Positions 1 through 9,621 of a stretch of DNA of 64,000 nt are shown here, one piece after another. Numbering within the stretch: the stretch's first letter is position 1; each line of letters starts with the position of its first letter. This DNA is from Gemmatimonadales bacterium (lineage in GTDB: Bacteria; Gemmatimonadota; Gemmatimonadetes; Gemmatimonadales; GWC2-71-9), in the NCBI GenBank assembly GCA_037189525.1, contig JBBCJC010000001.1, positions 384,001-448,000 on the forward strand, written 5' to 3'. The translations under genes were made by a program, and so were the position numbers. The notes below the pieces were generated by a model. That model made no database searches and was not told where the DNA came from. It worked only from the letters and a program-made list of their open reading frames with translations.

Positions 1-456
1 CACAGCCACGCCGCGAGCCGAGGAGGAGAACGGCAGGCTGAGCTCTTCGAATCGGAAGGCCTCGACCCGGGGCAAGTGTGCATCGGTCATTCGGACGAGA
101 GCAACGATCTCGACTATCTGACCGGGCTCGCCAGGCGGGGGTATATGATCGGGATGGATCATTTCCCGGTCGGCACCCGAAGCGCCCCAGGATTGCTCAG
201 CTGGCAGGCGCGCGCCGATACGGTGGCGCGGCTGCTCGAGGCGGGCCATGCCGACCGGCTGTTGTTGTCGAACGACTGGTTCTTCGAGCTTTCGATTGCG
301 CCGACAGGTTCGCTGGATGCGCTGGAACGGACCAACCCGGAGGGGATGCTGTTCCTGATTCGTACGGTGCTTCCGTACCTGGCGGAACGCGGCGTGACAC
401 CGGCACAGATCCGAACCATCACGGTCGAGAATCCGAGCCGTTTCTTTGGCCGGTGA
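1..456 (+). CDS. Phosphotriesterase-family (OPH/Opd-like) amidohydrolase, 5'-partial
   Basis: Frame 1 is open from base 1: HSHAAS...FESEGLDPGQVCIGHSD...GMDHFP...LLLSNDW...ITVENPSRF, matching the C-terminal half of PTE/OPH including metal ligands. Confidence 0.9.
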   Translation, partial: HSHAASRGGERQAELFESEGLDPGQVCIGHSDESNDLDYLTGLARRGYMIGMDHFPVGTRSAPGLLSWQARADTVARLLEAGHADRLLLSNDWFFELSIAPTGSLDALERTNPEGMLFLIRTVLPYLAERGVTPAQIRTITVENPSRFFGR

Positions 457-483
457 CCGGACAACTTCTTTGGGAGATTCACG

Positions 484-1437
484 ATGAGAATCGTCGTTGC
501 CGGAATCGCGCTGGTCCTGGCGGGTACGAGCGGCACCTCGCCATCGAGTCCGATGACACGGTCCTCCGAAGCGCAGGCGGGACACGTCCGGATTGCGGTT
601 GGTGACATCGAGGTCGTGGCGCTCAACGACGGCACCGTCCCCTGGCCGACCCGGACGGTCCTTCCGACGGCAACCGCCGAGCAGATCGATCGGGGACTGC
701 GCGCGGTGGGGCTCACCGACCCGGTGGGCATGACCTACAGCGGATTCCTGGTCAGGACGAAGACCCACCGCATCCTGGTCGATGTCGGCACCGGAGGGAA
801 GTTCGACGGCATGGCCGCGTTTCGCGGCGCCGGACAGCTTTTGTCGAACCTCCGCGCAGCCGGATACGAGCCCGACCAGATCGATGAGATCTACATCTCC
901 CATCTGGGCCCCGATCATATCGGAGCGCTCGCGAACACGACGTCCGGAGCCACCTTTCCGAACGCGAAGCTGCGGGCCGCGCGTCTCGAAGTCGCGGGAT
1001 TCATGGACGAACGCCTGCGCCACGGCCCGGATTCACTCTGGCGCCGGTTCCAGGCAGAGATGTTTGCCCCCTATATCGCTGCCGGGCGCTTCGAGCCCTT
1101 CGACGGCGATGTCGAGCTTGCCCCTGGCATCACGGCACTCGCCACGCCGGGGCATACTCCGGGTCACACGTCATACCTGGTCGAGAGCGGCGGAGAGCGG
1201 CTGCTGATCCTGGGCGATGTCCTGCATCTCAGCGCGCTCCAGTTTGCCTACCCCTCACTCCCGACACTTTTCGATGCGGATCGGACGGTGGGAGCTCAGC
1301 AACGGGAACGGATCCTCAAATTGGCAGCTGAGCAGAATTATCTAGTGGCGGGAGCGCATCTGCCGTTCCCGGGGATCGGTCGCGTCCGTGTCGACGGAAC
1401 AGGATACCGCTGGGTTCCGATCAGTTCCGCGCAGTAA
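484..1437 (+). CDS. Secreted MBL-fold metallo-hydrolase, methyl parathion hydrolase/OPHC2-like
   Basis: Signal peptide; LVDVG, SHLGPDH (variant HxHxDH), PGHTPGH, LGD, GAHLPFPGIG motifs. Confidence 0.85.
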   Translation: MRIVVAGIALVLAGTSGTSPSSPMTRSSEAQAGHVRIAVGDIEVVALNDGTVPWPTRTVLPTATAEQIDRGLRAVGLTDPVGMTYSGFLVRTKTHRILVDVGTGGKFDGMAAFRGAGQLLSNLRAAGYEPDQIDEIYISHLGPDHIGALANTTSGATFPNAKLRAARLEVAGFMDERLRHGPDSLWRRFQAEMFAPYIAAGRFEPFDGDVELAPGITALATPGHTPGHTSYLVESGGERLLILGDVLHLSALQFAYPSLPTLFDADRTVGAQQRERILKLAAEQNYLVAGAHLPFPGIGRVRVDGTGYRWVPISSAQ

Positions 1438-1519
1438 GGATTGGTCGGGATACCGGCCGGCAATCCCGGTCGTATCGGTGAGCAGACGATGGCACTACGA
1501 CTAGCTGATATGCTTGCCG

Positions 1520-1825
1520 CTACCGACTAACGCGAAGACCGGACATGAAGTTCCGCTGCGCTTCAGCGATGGTCGCATCGCGCGCGGCCTGATCTTCGAG
1601 ATCCTCGGCGGACAAACCAAGCCGGAGGGAGGCGTGGAATCGCTCGCCCGGGTGCAGGGCGGTATCGTCGGTGATCTCCGCCAATAACTCCGCAGCCCGC
1701 CGGATCTCATCAGAGCTCTGGCGAAGGACATCAACGGGGCGCGTGGCGGAAACCGGTCGGATCATCGCTCCGTACTCGATAGGGTCGAACTCCTGAACCA
1801 TCTCGAGTATCGGCAGCCCGCGCAA
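1520..1825 (-). CDS. Hypothetical protein, possibly a 5'-truncated remnant
   Basis: Protein-like 101-aa ORF with TTG start; frame stays open only to about 1885; no recognised motif. Confidence 0.35.
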   Translation of the reverse strand: MRGLPILEMVQEFDPIEYGAMIRPVSATRPVDVLRQSSDEIRRAAELLAEITDDTALHPGERFHASLRLGLSAEDLEDQAARDATIAEAQRNFMSGLRVSR

Positions 1826-1872
1826 GAACTTGAGTTCCGCGCCGATCCCGTTGCTCCTTGTCGGCTCACAAA

Positions 1873-1902
1873 ACCAAATGTATAGTTACTACTACATTTG
1901 GT
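1873..1902. promoter_or_regulatory. Palindromic operator ACCAAATGTA-N10-TACATTTGGT upstream of the ABC operon
   Basis: Perfect 10-bp inverted repeat in an AT-rich patch just before the AGGAG RBS; the operon ends in an XRE regulator. Confidence 0.7.
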
Positions 1903-1914
1903 ATAGGAGTTATT

Positions 1915-2889
1915 GTGCCCCCTGGAAAGGAATCCGCATCGTCAGAGCTCGCCCTCGACGTGCGCGATCTGCGAATGCAGTACGGGACCAGGGATGTCCT
2001 CGCCGGCGTGTCCTTCACGGCCCGGCGCGGCGAAGTAGTCGCCTTGCTGGGTCCCAACGGCGCCGGCAAGACCACGACGATCGAAATCCTCGAAGGTTTC
2101 CGGATGCGGTCGGCCGGCCAGGTCTCCGTCCTGGGCACCGACCCGGCCAAGGCCGACGAAGCGTGGCGAGCCCGGGTCGGCGTGGTACTGCAATCGTGGC
2201 GCGACCACGGACGGTGGCGGGTCCGCGAACTCCTCAGCTATCTGGCTCGCTTCTACGCGCCGTTTGCAACGGCCACCGCGCGGCGACCTTGGAACGTGGA
2301 CGAACTCATCGAGGTCCTCGGCCTGACCGCGCATGCCGACACCAGGCTGCTGACCCTCTCCGGGGGACAACGGCGGCGCGTCGATGTCGCGATCGGCATC
2401 GTGGGCCGGCCGGAGGTCGTCTTCCTCGACGAGCCCACCGCGGGGTTCGACCCGCATGCTCGGCGCGAATTTCACGATCTGGTGCATCGCCTGTCGGACT
2501 TCGAGAACACCACCGTTCTGATTACCACCCACGACCTGGACGAAGCCGACAAGATCGCGGATCGGATCCTCGTGCTCGACCAGGGACGCATCGTCGCGGA
2601 TGGCACCGCCGACCAGTTGGCGCGAGACTTCTCGACGGCCGCCGAAGTACGCTGGATTTCCGGCGGACGCCGCCACGTTCACGCGGTGCGCGACGGAGAC
2701 CCAACGGGCTTCGTCCGCAACCTGCTGGCCAACGACGCAGCCGCCACCGAACTGGAAGTGCATCGGGCCAGCCTCGAGGATACTTACATGGCGCTGGTCC
2801 GGCGCGCCGAGTCGGCTGACGTTGCCCGCGCCGGGACGTCCGGAGTGGCACAGGACGACACTACGCAACGATCGGAAGGGCGAGCATGA
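1915..2889 (+). CDS. ABC exporter ATP-binding protein (DrrA-like)
   Basis: Walker A GPNGAGKTT, LSGGQ, FLDEPT, TTH; GTG start after AGGAG. Confidence 0.92.
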   Translation: MPPGKESASSELALDVRDLRMQYGTRDVLAGVSFTARRGEVVALLGPNGAGKTTTIEILEGFRMRSAGQVSVLGTDPAKADEAWRARVGVVLQSWRDHGRWRVRELLSYLARFYAPFATATARRPWNVDELIEVLGLTAHADTRLLTLSGGQRRRVDVAIGIVGRPEVVFLDEPTAGFDPHARREFHDLVHRLSDFENTTVLITTHDLDEADKIADRILVLDQGRIVADGTADQLARDFSTAAEVRWISGGRRHVHAVRDGDPTGFVRNLLANDAAATELEVHRASLEDTYMALVRRAESADVARAGTSGVAQDDTTQRSEGRA

Positions 2890-3752
2890 CCGCGCCGACG
2901 TCGTTCGACGCCCGCCGGGCTGCGGTCCGGGCGGGCTTTTCCCGCGGCTGGATCGAGACCAAGCACGGGCTGACCGAGCCCGCCTACGTGATCTCGTACC
3001 TCGCGCTCCCGGCGATCTACGCCGTCGTGCTGCTGATCATGCGCGGCCGTACCGTACCCGGCACCGACTTCGCGCTCGGCGCGATGGTGCTGTCGGGCAT
3101 CGTGGGGATGTCGGTCGTCTTCAGCGGGCTCACCGGGCCGGCAGGCACCCTGGCGGTCGACCGCGAGGACGGCACGCTCCTCCGCGCCAAAGCCACGCCG
3201 AACGGGATGACTGGCTATCTCATCGGCAAAATCGTGATGTTCGGGTTGACGACGCTCATCAGCCTCCTTCTGCTCGTCATTCCCGGCATCATGGTCGCAG
3301 GCGACCTGCTGCTCGACGCGCGGGCCTGGCTGATGCTCGCGCTGATCTTCGTGATCGGGATGGTCGCCACCGTCCCGATCGGCGTTGCCCTCGGCTCTCT
3401 GATGAAGTCGGCCGCGCAATCCGTTTTCATCGTCATCGTCTCGATGCCGCTGATCGCCTTCTCCGGTATTTTCTATCCGATCACCGCGCTGCCGACCTGG
3501 TTGCAGTGGGTGGGCCAAGCCTTCCCGTTCTACTGGCTGGGCCTGGGCACCCGTTCCGCGATGCTACCTGCGGAGATGGCGGCGATGGAGATCGGCGGGT
3601 CCTGGCGTACCGTCGAGATGTTCGTGGTGCTGGGCGTCTGGGCCGTCATCGGCCTGCTGCTCGCGCCCGTCCTGCTGCGCCGCATGGCCCGGCGTCAGTC
3701 GGGATCCACCGTGGCCGCCGCGCGGGAGCGCATCATGACCAAGGGTTATTGA
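2886..3752 (+). CDS. ABC-2 type permease
   Basis: About 6 hydrophobic segments; DREDGTL and SGIFYPITALP motifs; ATGA overlap with the ATPase. Confidence 0.9.
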   Translation: MTAPTSFDARRAAVRAGFSRGWIETKHGLTEPAYVISYLALPAIYAVVLLIMRGRTVPGTDFALGAMVLSGIVGMSVVFSGLTGPAGTLAVDREDGTLLRAKATPNGMTGYLIGKIVMFGLTTLISLLLLVIPGIMVAGDLLLDARAWLMLALIFVIGMVATVPIGVALGSLMKSAAQSVFIVIVSMPLIAFSGIFYPITALPTWLQWVGQAFPFYWLGLGTRSAMLPAEMAAMEIGGSWRTVEMFVVLGVWAVIGLLLAPVLLRRMARRQSGSTVAAARERIMTKGY

Positions 3753-3754
3753 CG

Positions 3755-3988
3755 GTGGGCGATTCCACGGATCTCGTCCACAACCGAATCGCCATGCTCC
3801 GCGCCGAGCGCGGCATCTCGCGTCGTGAGCTGGCCGACGCGCTCGGCGTACATTATCAGACCATCGGCTACATCGAGCGCGGTGAATACAGTCCTTCACT
3901 TCACCTGGCGCTCCGCATCGCGGAGTACTTCGACGTGGCCGTCGAAATCGTATTCTCCCTGCAGCCGTTTCCGCGGCTGGGGGCATAG
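3755..3988 (+). CDS. XRE/Cro-C1 HTH transcriptional regulator
   Basis: NRIAMLRAERGISRRELADALGVHYQTIGYIERGEYSPSLHLALRIA; GTG 2 nt after the permease stop. Confidence 0.9.
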   Translation: MGDSTDLVHNRIAMLRAERGISRRELADALGVHYQTIGYIERGEYSPSLHLALRIAEYFDVAVEIVFSLQPFPRLGA

Positions 3989-4085
3989 AGCAATGCCGCC
4001 GGCCCGGGCAACCGGGTTCCGGCGTCCCAAGAGAGCTTTGATTCAGGCGTAGACCCAGTCGGCCCACAAACAGCGAGGATATGCC

Positions 4086-4973
4086 GTGGCACTCGTCATC
4101 GAGAATCTGACCAAAACGTATCCCAACGGCGTCCGCGCATTGGCCGGGATCAACCTGACGATCGGCGCCGGCATGTTCGGCCTGCTGGGCCCGAACGGCG
4201 CCGGCAAGTCGTCGTTGATGCGCACCATCGCGACCCTGCAGCTTCCCGACTCGGGCAGCATCCGGTTCGGCGAGATCGACGTGCTGCAGCGTCCCGACGA
4301 CCTGCGCCGCCAGCTCGGCTACCTGCCCCAGGAGTTCGGCCTCTATCCCAATCTGTCGGCGGAACTCACGCTCGATCACTTCGCCACCATGAAGGGCGTG
4401 ATCCACCGCGGCGAGCGGCGGGATCTGGTGGCCGGGTTGCTCAATCAGACCAACCTCTACCAGGTCCGCAAAAAACACGTCGGCACTTTTTCCGGCGGGA
4501 TGAAGCAGCGGCTCGGCATTGCGATTGCCCTGGCGGGTAACCCGAAACTCCTGATCGTCGACGAGCCCACGGCCGGTCTCGATCCGACCGAGCGGCATCG
4601 GTTCCTGAGCCTCCTGGGCGACATCGGCCGCGACGTGGTCGTGATCCTGTCGACCCACATCGTCGAAGACGTCCGGGAACTCTGCAACACCATGGCGATC
4701 ATCAGCGCCGGTCGAGTCGTCCTGTCGGGAGATCCGCGCGCCGTGGTCGACGAGCTGCGCGGCCGGATCTGGCGGCGCACGGTCGCCAAGCAGGATCTCG
4801 ATGCCATCAAGGCCACCCACCACGTCATCTCGAGTCGCCTGCTCGCGGGCACTCCGGTGGTTCACGTCTACGCCGATGCCTCGCCAGGCGACGGATTCAC
4901 GCCGGTCGAGCCGGGCCTGGAAGACGTCTACTTCCATCAGCTCGACCTGGCCGGACGGCGAGAGGCGGCCTGA
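4086..4973 (+). CDS. ABC transporter ATP-binding protein
   Basis: GPNGAGKSS, FSGGMKQR, IVDEPT, STH. Confidence 0.93.
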   Translation: MALVIENLTKTYPNGVRALAGINLTIGAGMFGLLGPNGAGKSSLMRTIATLQLPDSGSIRFGEIDVLQRPDDLRRQLGYLPQEFGLYPNLSAELTLDHFATMKGVIHRGERRDLVAGLLNQTNLYQVRKKHVGTFSGGMKQRLGIAIALAGNPKLLIVDEPTAGLDPTERHRFLSLLGDIGRDVVVILSTHIVEDVRELCNTMAIISAGRVVLSGDPRAVVDELRGRIWRRTVAKQDLDAIKATHHVISSRLLAGTPVVHVYADASPGDGFTPVEPGLEDVYFHQLDLAGRREAA

Positions 4974-4976
4974 TCG

Positions 4977-7900
4977 ATGCTGCGCAATGTCATGGCGTTC
5001 GAGGTGCGGTACCACCTGACCCGGCCGGTCACCTACCTCTATTTCACCGTCTTCTTCCTGCTGGCGTTCTTCATCGTCTCCACCGATGTCGCGACGGTGT
5101 CCGGCGCAGGCGGCCAGGTCAAGCGTAACGCGCCCTATTTCGTCGCCAACACCATGATGATCCTGGTGGCGATCGGCCAGGTCATCGTCACCGGCCTGGT
5201 CGGCACCGCGGTGCTGCGCGACTACCAGTATCGGACCCACGAGCTGCTCTTCACCACCCCGATTACCCGTTTCGCCTATCTCGGCGGGCGTTTTTCCGGG
5301 GCGTTTCTCGTCATGGTCCTGGTCCATCTGGGCATTCCGCTGGGTCTCTGGCTCGGGTCGCTGATGCCGTGGATCGATCCGGAGCAGTTGCTGCCGGTTC
5401 GCACGGTCGGATACCTCTACCCGTTCCTGGTGCTGGTCCTGCCGTCGGTCTTCCTGCTCAGCGCCATTTTCTTTGCGGTCGGTGCGCTGACCCGGAGTCT
5501 CTTCGCGATCTACACCCAGGGCATCTTCCTGCTGGTGGCGTGGAGTATCGCGGGCCAGCTCTTCAATGACCTGGAGAACCGGGATCTCGCGGCCCTGCTC
5601 GAGCCCTTCGGCTTGCAGGCATTCGGGTGGCTGACCCGCTACTGGACGGTGGCCGAACGCAACACGCTGCCGGTACCGCTCAGCGGCATCATCCTCAGCA
5701 ACCGCTTGCTCTGGACGGGCATCGCGGCCGTCATCGTCGGCATCACCTTTGCCGCGTTCCGGTTCCGCAGTGCGCCCCCCACGCTGCGACGGCGGCGTAA
5801 GGCGGTCGAAACAACGAATGAGGTTGCTCCCGCGGGCGCCGCGCTGACCGTTTCCGCTCGCCAGGAATACGGAACCGGCGCCTGGCTGCGGCAGTGGATC
5901 AGCACCACGCGTCTTTCGTTCTGGAGCATCGTCCGCCAGGTGCCGTTCCTGGCCATCGTGACCGTCGGCGTGATCAACCTGATCATGTCGGCCCACTATG
6001 CCGACATGGTGTTCGGCGCCAAGACCTGGCCGGTCACCTACAACATGCTGGAGATCGTCGAAGGCGCGTTCCTGATCTTCTTCATCATCCTGATCACGAT
6101 CTACGCGGGTGAAGCGGTCTGGCGCGAACGCCAGCTGCACATGGACCAGATCACCGACGCGCTGCCCACCCGATCGAGTGTGGCGCTGCTGGGCAAGCTG
6201 TCCGGGCTGATACTGGTACACGTCCTGCTGCTGTTCGTGATGATGGCGTCGGGCATAATCGTCCAGACGCTCAAGGGATACACCAACTACGAGCCGGGCC
6301 TCTACCTGACCTACCTGTTCGGGACGACGCTACCCCAGCTCATTTACGTCACCGTCCTGGCCGTGCTGGTGCACGTCCTGGTCAACCAGAAGTTCGTCGG
6401 CCACGTGATCATGATCCTGTTCTGGATCGTGCGCAGCGTGCTCCCCCAACTCGGCCTCGAACACCAACTCTTCAGCTACGGCAACCTGCCGAGCTTCACC
6501 TATTCGGACATGAACGGCTTCGGCCCGTTCGTTCCCAACCTGCTCTGGTCGATCGTGTACTGGAGCGGGATGGCCGGCCTGCTCGGCGTGCTGGCCTACC
6601 TGTTCTGGATCCGCGGCACAGCCATGCCGTGGCGTGGGCGGCTCGCGCTGGCCGGGCGCCGGTGGCAGGGACCGGTTCGCGGTGTCACGGTCGCTGCGGC
6701 CGCCATCGCGGCCGTCGGCGGCGGGGCGATCTTCTACAACACCAACGTCCTCAACAATTACACCACCACGGCCGAGGGACGGCGCCAGCGGGCAGATTAC
6801 GAGCGGACCTACAAGCCGCTGGCCGATTTGCCCCAGCCGCGCCTGATTGCGGCGGATGTGCGCGCCGACCTCGAGCCCGAACGGCGCGCCTTTGCGCTCT
6901 CGGGAACGCTAACGTACCTGAACCGCACCGACCGTGCGATCGACTCACTCCTCGTCACCTCCAACGTGACGAGGCTGTCCATCGACACCCTCACCTGGAG
7001 CCGGCCAGCCACCATCGTGGTCAGCGACAGCGCCAAAGGCACCCGGATCTTCCGGCTCGAGGAGCCGCTGGCTCCGGGCGACACGATCCGGCTCCGCTAC
7101 CGCGCGAATTTCATCGAGCGTGGCTTCCCCAATTCCGGGCCGTCGACCGCCATCGTCGCCAACGGCACCTTTATCAACTCGACCTACTTCCCGGTGCTGG
7201 GCTATCAGCCGAGTAACGAACTCGGCTCGGACGACGATCGCCGGAAAGAGAAGCTGCCGCCCAAAGATCGCATGGCGCCGCTCGAAGACGAGCACGCCCG
7301 CAACGACATCTATTTCGGTATCAACGCCGACTGGATCGACTTCCGGGCAACCGTCAGCACAGCCCCCGATCAGATTGCCATTGCCCCAGGCTACCTGGTT
7401 CGGGAGTATGAAGAAAACGGCCGCCGCGTGTTCGAGTACGAGATGGATCGCCCGATGCTGGCGTTCTTCTCGTTCCTCTCGGCGCGCTACCAGGTCAAGC
7501 GCGACAAGTGGAACGATGTCAACCTGGAGATTTATTACCACGCCGGACACGAGTACAATCTCGACCGGATGATGGCATCGATGAAGGCGTCGCTCGAATA
7601 TTTCACGACGAACTTCAGTCCCTACCAGTTCCACCAGGTTCGCATCCTGGAATTCCCGCGCTACGCCGGCTTTGCGCAGGCCTTCCCGAATACCGTTCCC
7701 TACTCGGAACGGATCGGCTTCATCCTGCGCGCCGACCGCAAGGAGGATCTCGACATCCCGTTCTACGTCACGGCCCACGAGGTCGGCCACCAGTGGTGGG
7801 CCCACCAGGTCATCGGCGGAAACCTGCAGGGGTCGACGTTGTTCTCCGAAGGCCTGGCGAACTACTCGGCGCTGACGGTGATGGAAAAGCAGCTCGGAAC

Positions 7901-8558
7901 GGAGAAGCTGCAGCAGTTCCTGGCCGAAGAACTCGATCGGTATCTGGCCGGACGCGCGAGTGAGACCAAGAGGGAAATGCCGTTGATGCGGGTGGAGAAC
8001 CAGCCCTACATCCACTACAACAAGGGCTCGCTCGCGCTCTATGCCTTGCGGGATTACATCGGCGAGGACGCGATGAACCGGGCGCTGAGCCGGTTCCTGG
8101 CCGAGAAGGCCTATCAAGCGCCGCCCTTTACCACCAGCCGCGAGTTCCTGGGCTACCTGGAGGCGGAGACCCCGGACTCATTGCAGTACGTGCTCGAGGA
8201 TCTGTTCCGTACCATCACGCTGTGGGACAACAGCGTCGAATCGGTGCGGGCGACCCCGCGAGACGATGGCAAGTTCGACGTGAGCCTGGCGATCCGATCG
8301 CTCAAGTTCCGGGCGGACAGCGTCGGTAACCAGACGGAAATCCCGGTCAACGACCTGGTCGACATCGGCGTCTTCGGCGCGGCCGAGCCCGGCAGCAAGC
8401 TTGGCCCCGCGCTCTACCGCGCCAAACACTGGATTCGGAGCCGGGACACCACCATAACCGTGACGGTCGATGCGCAGCCACGCCGGGCAGGGGTCGATCC
8501 GTACAACAAGCTGATCGACCGCGACCCGAGGGATAACGCGCGAGACGTGACGCCCTGA
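4977..8558 (+). CDS. ABC-2 permease / M1 aminopeptidase-like fusion
   Basis: About 580 aa multi-TM N-terminus (duplicated permease unit); C-terminal HEVGHQWW plus SEGLANY and HYNKG zinc-peptidase motifs. Confidence 0.88.
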   Translation: MLRNVMAFEVRYHLTRPVTYLYFTVFFLLAFFIVSTDVATVSGAGGQVKRNAPYFVANTMMILVAIGQVIVTGLVGTAVLRDYQYRTHELLFTTPITRFAYLGGRFSGAFLVMVLVHLGIPLGLWLGSLMPWIDPEQLLPVRTVGYLYPFLVLVLPSVFLLSAIFFAVGALTRSLFAIYTQGIFLLVAWSIAGQLFNDLENRDLAALLEPFGLQAFGWLTRYWTVAERNTLPVPLSGIILSNRLLWTGIAAVIVGITFAAFRFRSAPPTLRRRRKAVETTNEVAPAGAALTVSARQEYGTGAWLRQWISTTRLSFWSIVRQVPFLAIVTVGVINLIMSAHYADMVFGAKTWPVTYNMLEIVEGAFLIFFIILITIYAGEAVWRERQLHMDQITDALPTRSSVALLGKLSGLILVHVLLLFVMMASGIIVQTLKGYTNYEPGLYLTYLFGTTLPQLIYVTVLAVLVHVLVNQKFVGHVIMILFWIVRSVLPQLGLEHQLFSYGNLPSFTYSDMNGFGPFVPNLLWSIVYWSGMAGLLGVLAYLFWIRGTAMPWRGRLALAGRRWQGPVRGVTVAAAAIAAVGGGAIFYNTNVLNNYTTTAEGRRQRADYERTYKPLADLPQPRLIAADVRADLEPERRAFALSGTLTYLNRTDRAIDSLLVTSNVTRLSIDTLTWSRPATIVVSDSAKGTRIFRLEEPLAPGDTIRLRYRANFIERGFPNSGPSTAIVANGTFINSTYFPVLGYQPSNELGSDDDRRKEKLPPKDRMAPLEDEHARNDIYFGINADWIDFRATVSTAPDQIAIAPGYLVREYEENGRRVFEYEMDRPMLAFFSFLSARYQVKRDKWNDVNLEIYYHAGHEYNLDRMMASMKASLEYFTTNFSPYQFHQVRILEFPRYAGFAQAFPNTVPYSERIGFILRADRKEDLDIPFYVTAHEVGHQWWAHQVIGGNLQGSTLFSEGLANYSALTVMEKQLGTEKLQQFLAEELDRYLAGRASETKREMPLMRVENQPYIHYNKGSLALYALRDYIGEDAMNRALSRFLAEKAYQAPPFTTSREFLGYLEAETPDSLQYVLEDLFRTITLWDNSVESVRATPRDDGKFDVSLAIRSLKFRADSVGNQTEIPVNDLVDIGVFGAAEPGSKLGPALYRAKHWIRSRDTTITVTVDAQPRRAGVDPYNKLIDRDPRDNARDVTP

Positions 8559-8713
8559 TTTCCGTTCGCACTCTTCTCCTCCGGGTCAAGGTGACTCGGA
8601 GGAAAGGGGCGCGAAGCCGCAACGGGCCGGATCCGCCCTTCTGTGTCGTAGGGGTACACGGCGGTGCAGACCTCTTTTGCGAAGGCGCCTGCCGATGATC
8701 AGGTGGAACGACC

Positions 8714-9106
8714 TCACGATGCTGGCAGAAGCCGCGCCTGCAGAAGTCGTGTCACCGGATAGGGACAATCCCCGCCAACGACCTGGACCACGACACCGGA
8801 CACACTCCAGTCCGCGTATCCGACAGCCGAGATTCGGACATCGAACGGGCCCTTCCCGGTTCCTCCAAACAGTGTGTTGCCGACCTGCGTCCGCTTCAGG
8901 CTGTCGATGGCAGTTCGGCCAACGACGACACCACGCGCGATCGACACCAGGGATGCACCGGAGACAGAGTCAGTAACGACGACACTGATTGGCGGAGTAT
9001 ACTCGGCGATACACACGACCGGCTCTGAACACGCTGCCAGAGCGGTACCTCCGGTTGCTGCGAGCGCCCGAGCGAGACGGCGGCTAGTGGTCAGCATATA
9101 CCCCAC
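8714..9106 (-). CDS. Small lipoprotein, carboxypeptidase regulatory-like beta domain
   Basis: Lipobox ALAAC; VVTDSVSGA and VRISAVGY patterns; start uncertain (9106 or 9097). Confidence 0.6.
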   Translation of the reverse strand: MGYMLTTSRRLARALAATGGTALAACSEPVVCIAEYTPPISVVVTDSVSGASLVSIARGVVVGRTAIDSLKRTQVGNTLFGGTGKGPFDVRISAVGYADWSVSGVVVQVVGGDCPYPVTRLLQARLLPAS

Positions 9107-9116
9107 ACGTCTGTTC

Positions 9117-9560
9117 TTATGGTACGGGAAGACGAACCGTCACTTCCTCCAAAGGCGGCGGTCCCGGCACTGGAACGAACCTGACAGACACCAGGGCGCT
9201 GTCCAGGTAGAACGGGTTATCTGGCACGGTCGGTGAACTGCCGTAGTGAACCCAAACGTCTCTGACCTCCGGGCCGCCGGTCATGCGCGGCCCGGAGTCG
9301 AGCACGCGAAGCTCGGCAGTCCCGTCGGAGTTCGGGGATTTCCCGTCGGCACCTCGAACGGAAATGAAATAACGGCTGCCGGTCAACGGCTGATCCGCAT
9401 TGCCCACCAAGCGAACACGGATCCGCGCGCACCCGGCGATCGGGATGTTCTCGATCGTGGCGGGGCACTCGTCGGACTCCGGCTCGCTCAGAGATTGACA
9501 GGCAAAAACGAGGAGCAACGGAACACCCACGACGAGGCAACGGACGGCCGAACTCGTCAT
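9117..9560 (-). CDS. Hypothetical lipoprotein
   Basis: Hydrophobic stretch plus LVFAC lipobox after ATG at 9560. Confidence 0.55.
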   Translation of the reverse strand: MTSSAVRCLVVGVPLLLVFACQSLSEPESDECPATIENIPIAGCARIRVRLVGNADQPLTGSRYFISVRGADGKSPNSDGTAELRVLDSGPRMTGGPEVRDVWVHYGSSPTVPDNPFYLDSALVSVRFVPVPGPPPLEEVTVRLPVP

Positions 9561-9621
9561 CCGAGACGAAGCGCGAAAATCTGCCCATCCACCGCCGGAC
9601 CGTTGCATCAGAACACCCCCG

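Noticed and set aside
2600..3754. N-terminal extensions of track ORFs (2600-3988, 15334-17142, 15262-17148, 13694-15838, 46525-48033)
   Set aside because: They overlap other real genes; true starts are downstream at overlap or RBS positions
3564..6221. Long antisense ORFs (also 6945-8117, 22706-24508, 31613-33265, 35537-37483, 41160-42797, 57013-58776)
   Set aside because: Shadow ORFs opposite well-supported genes, typical of high-GC codon bias, with no motifs
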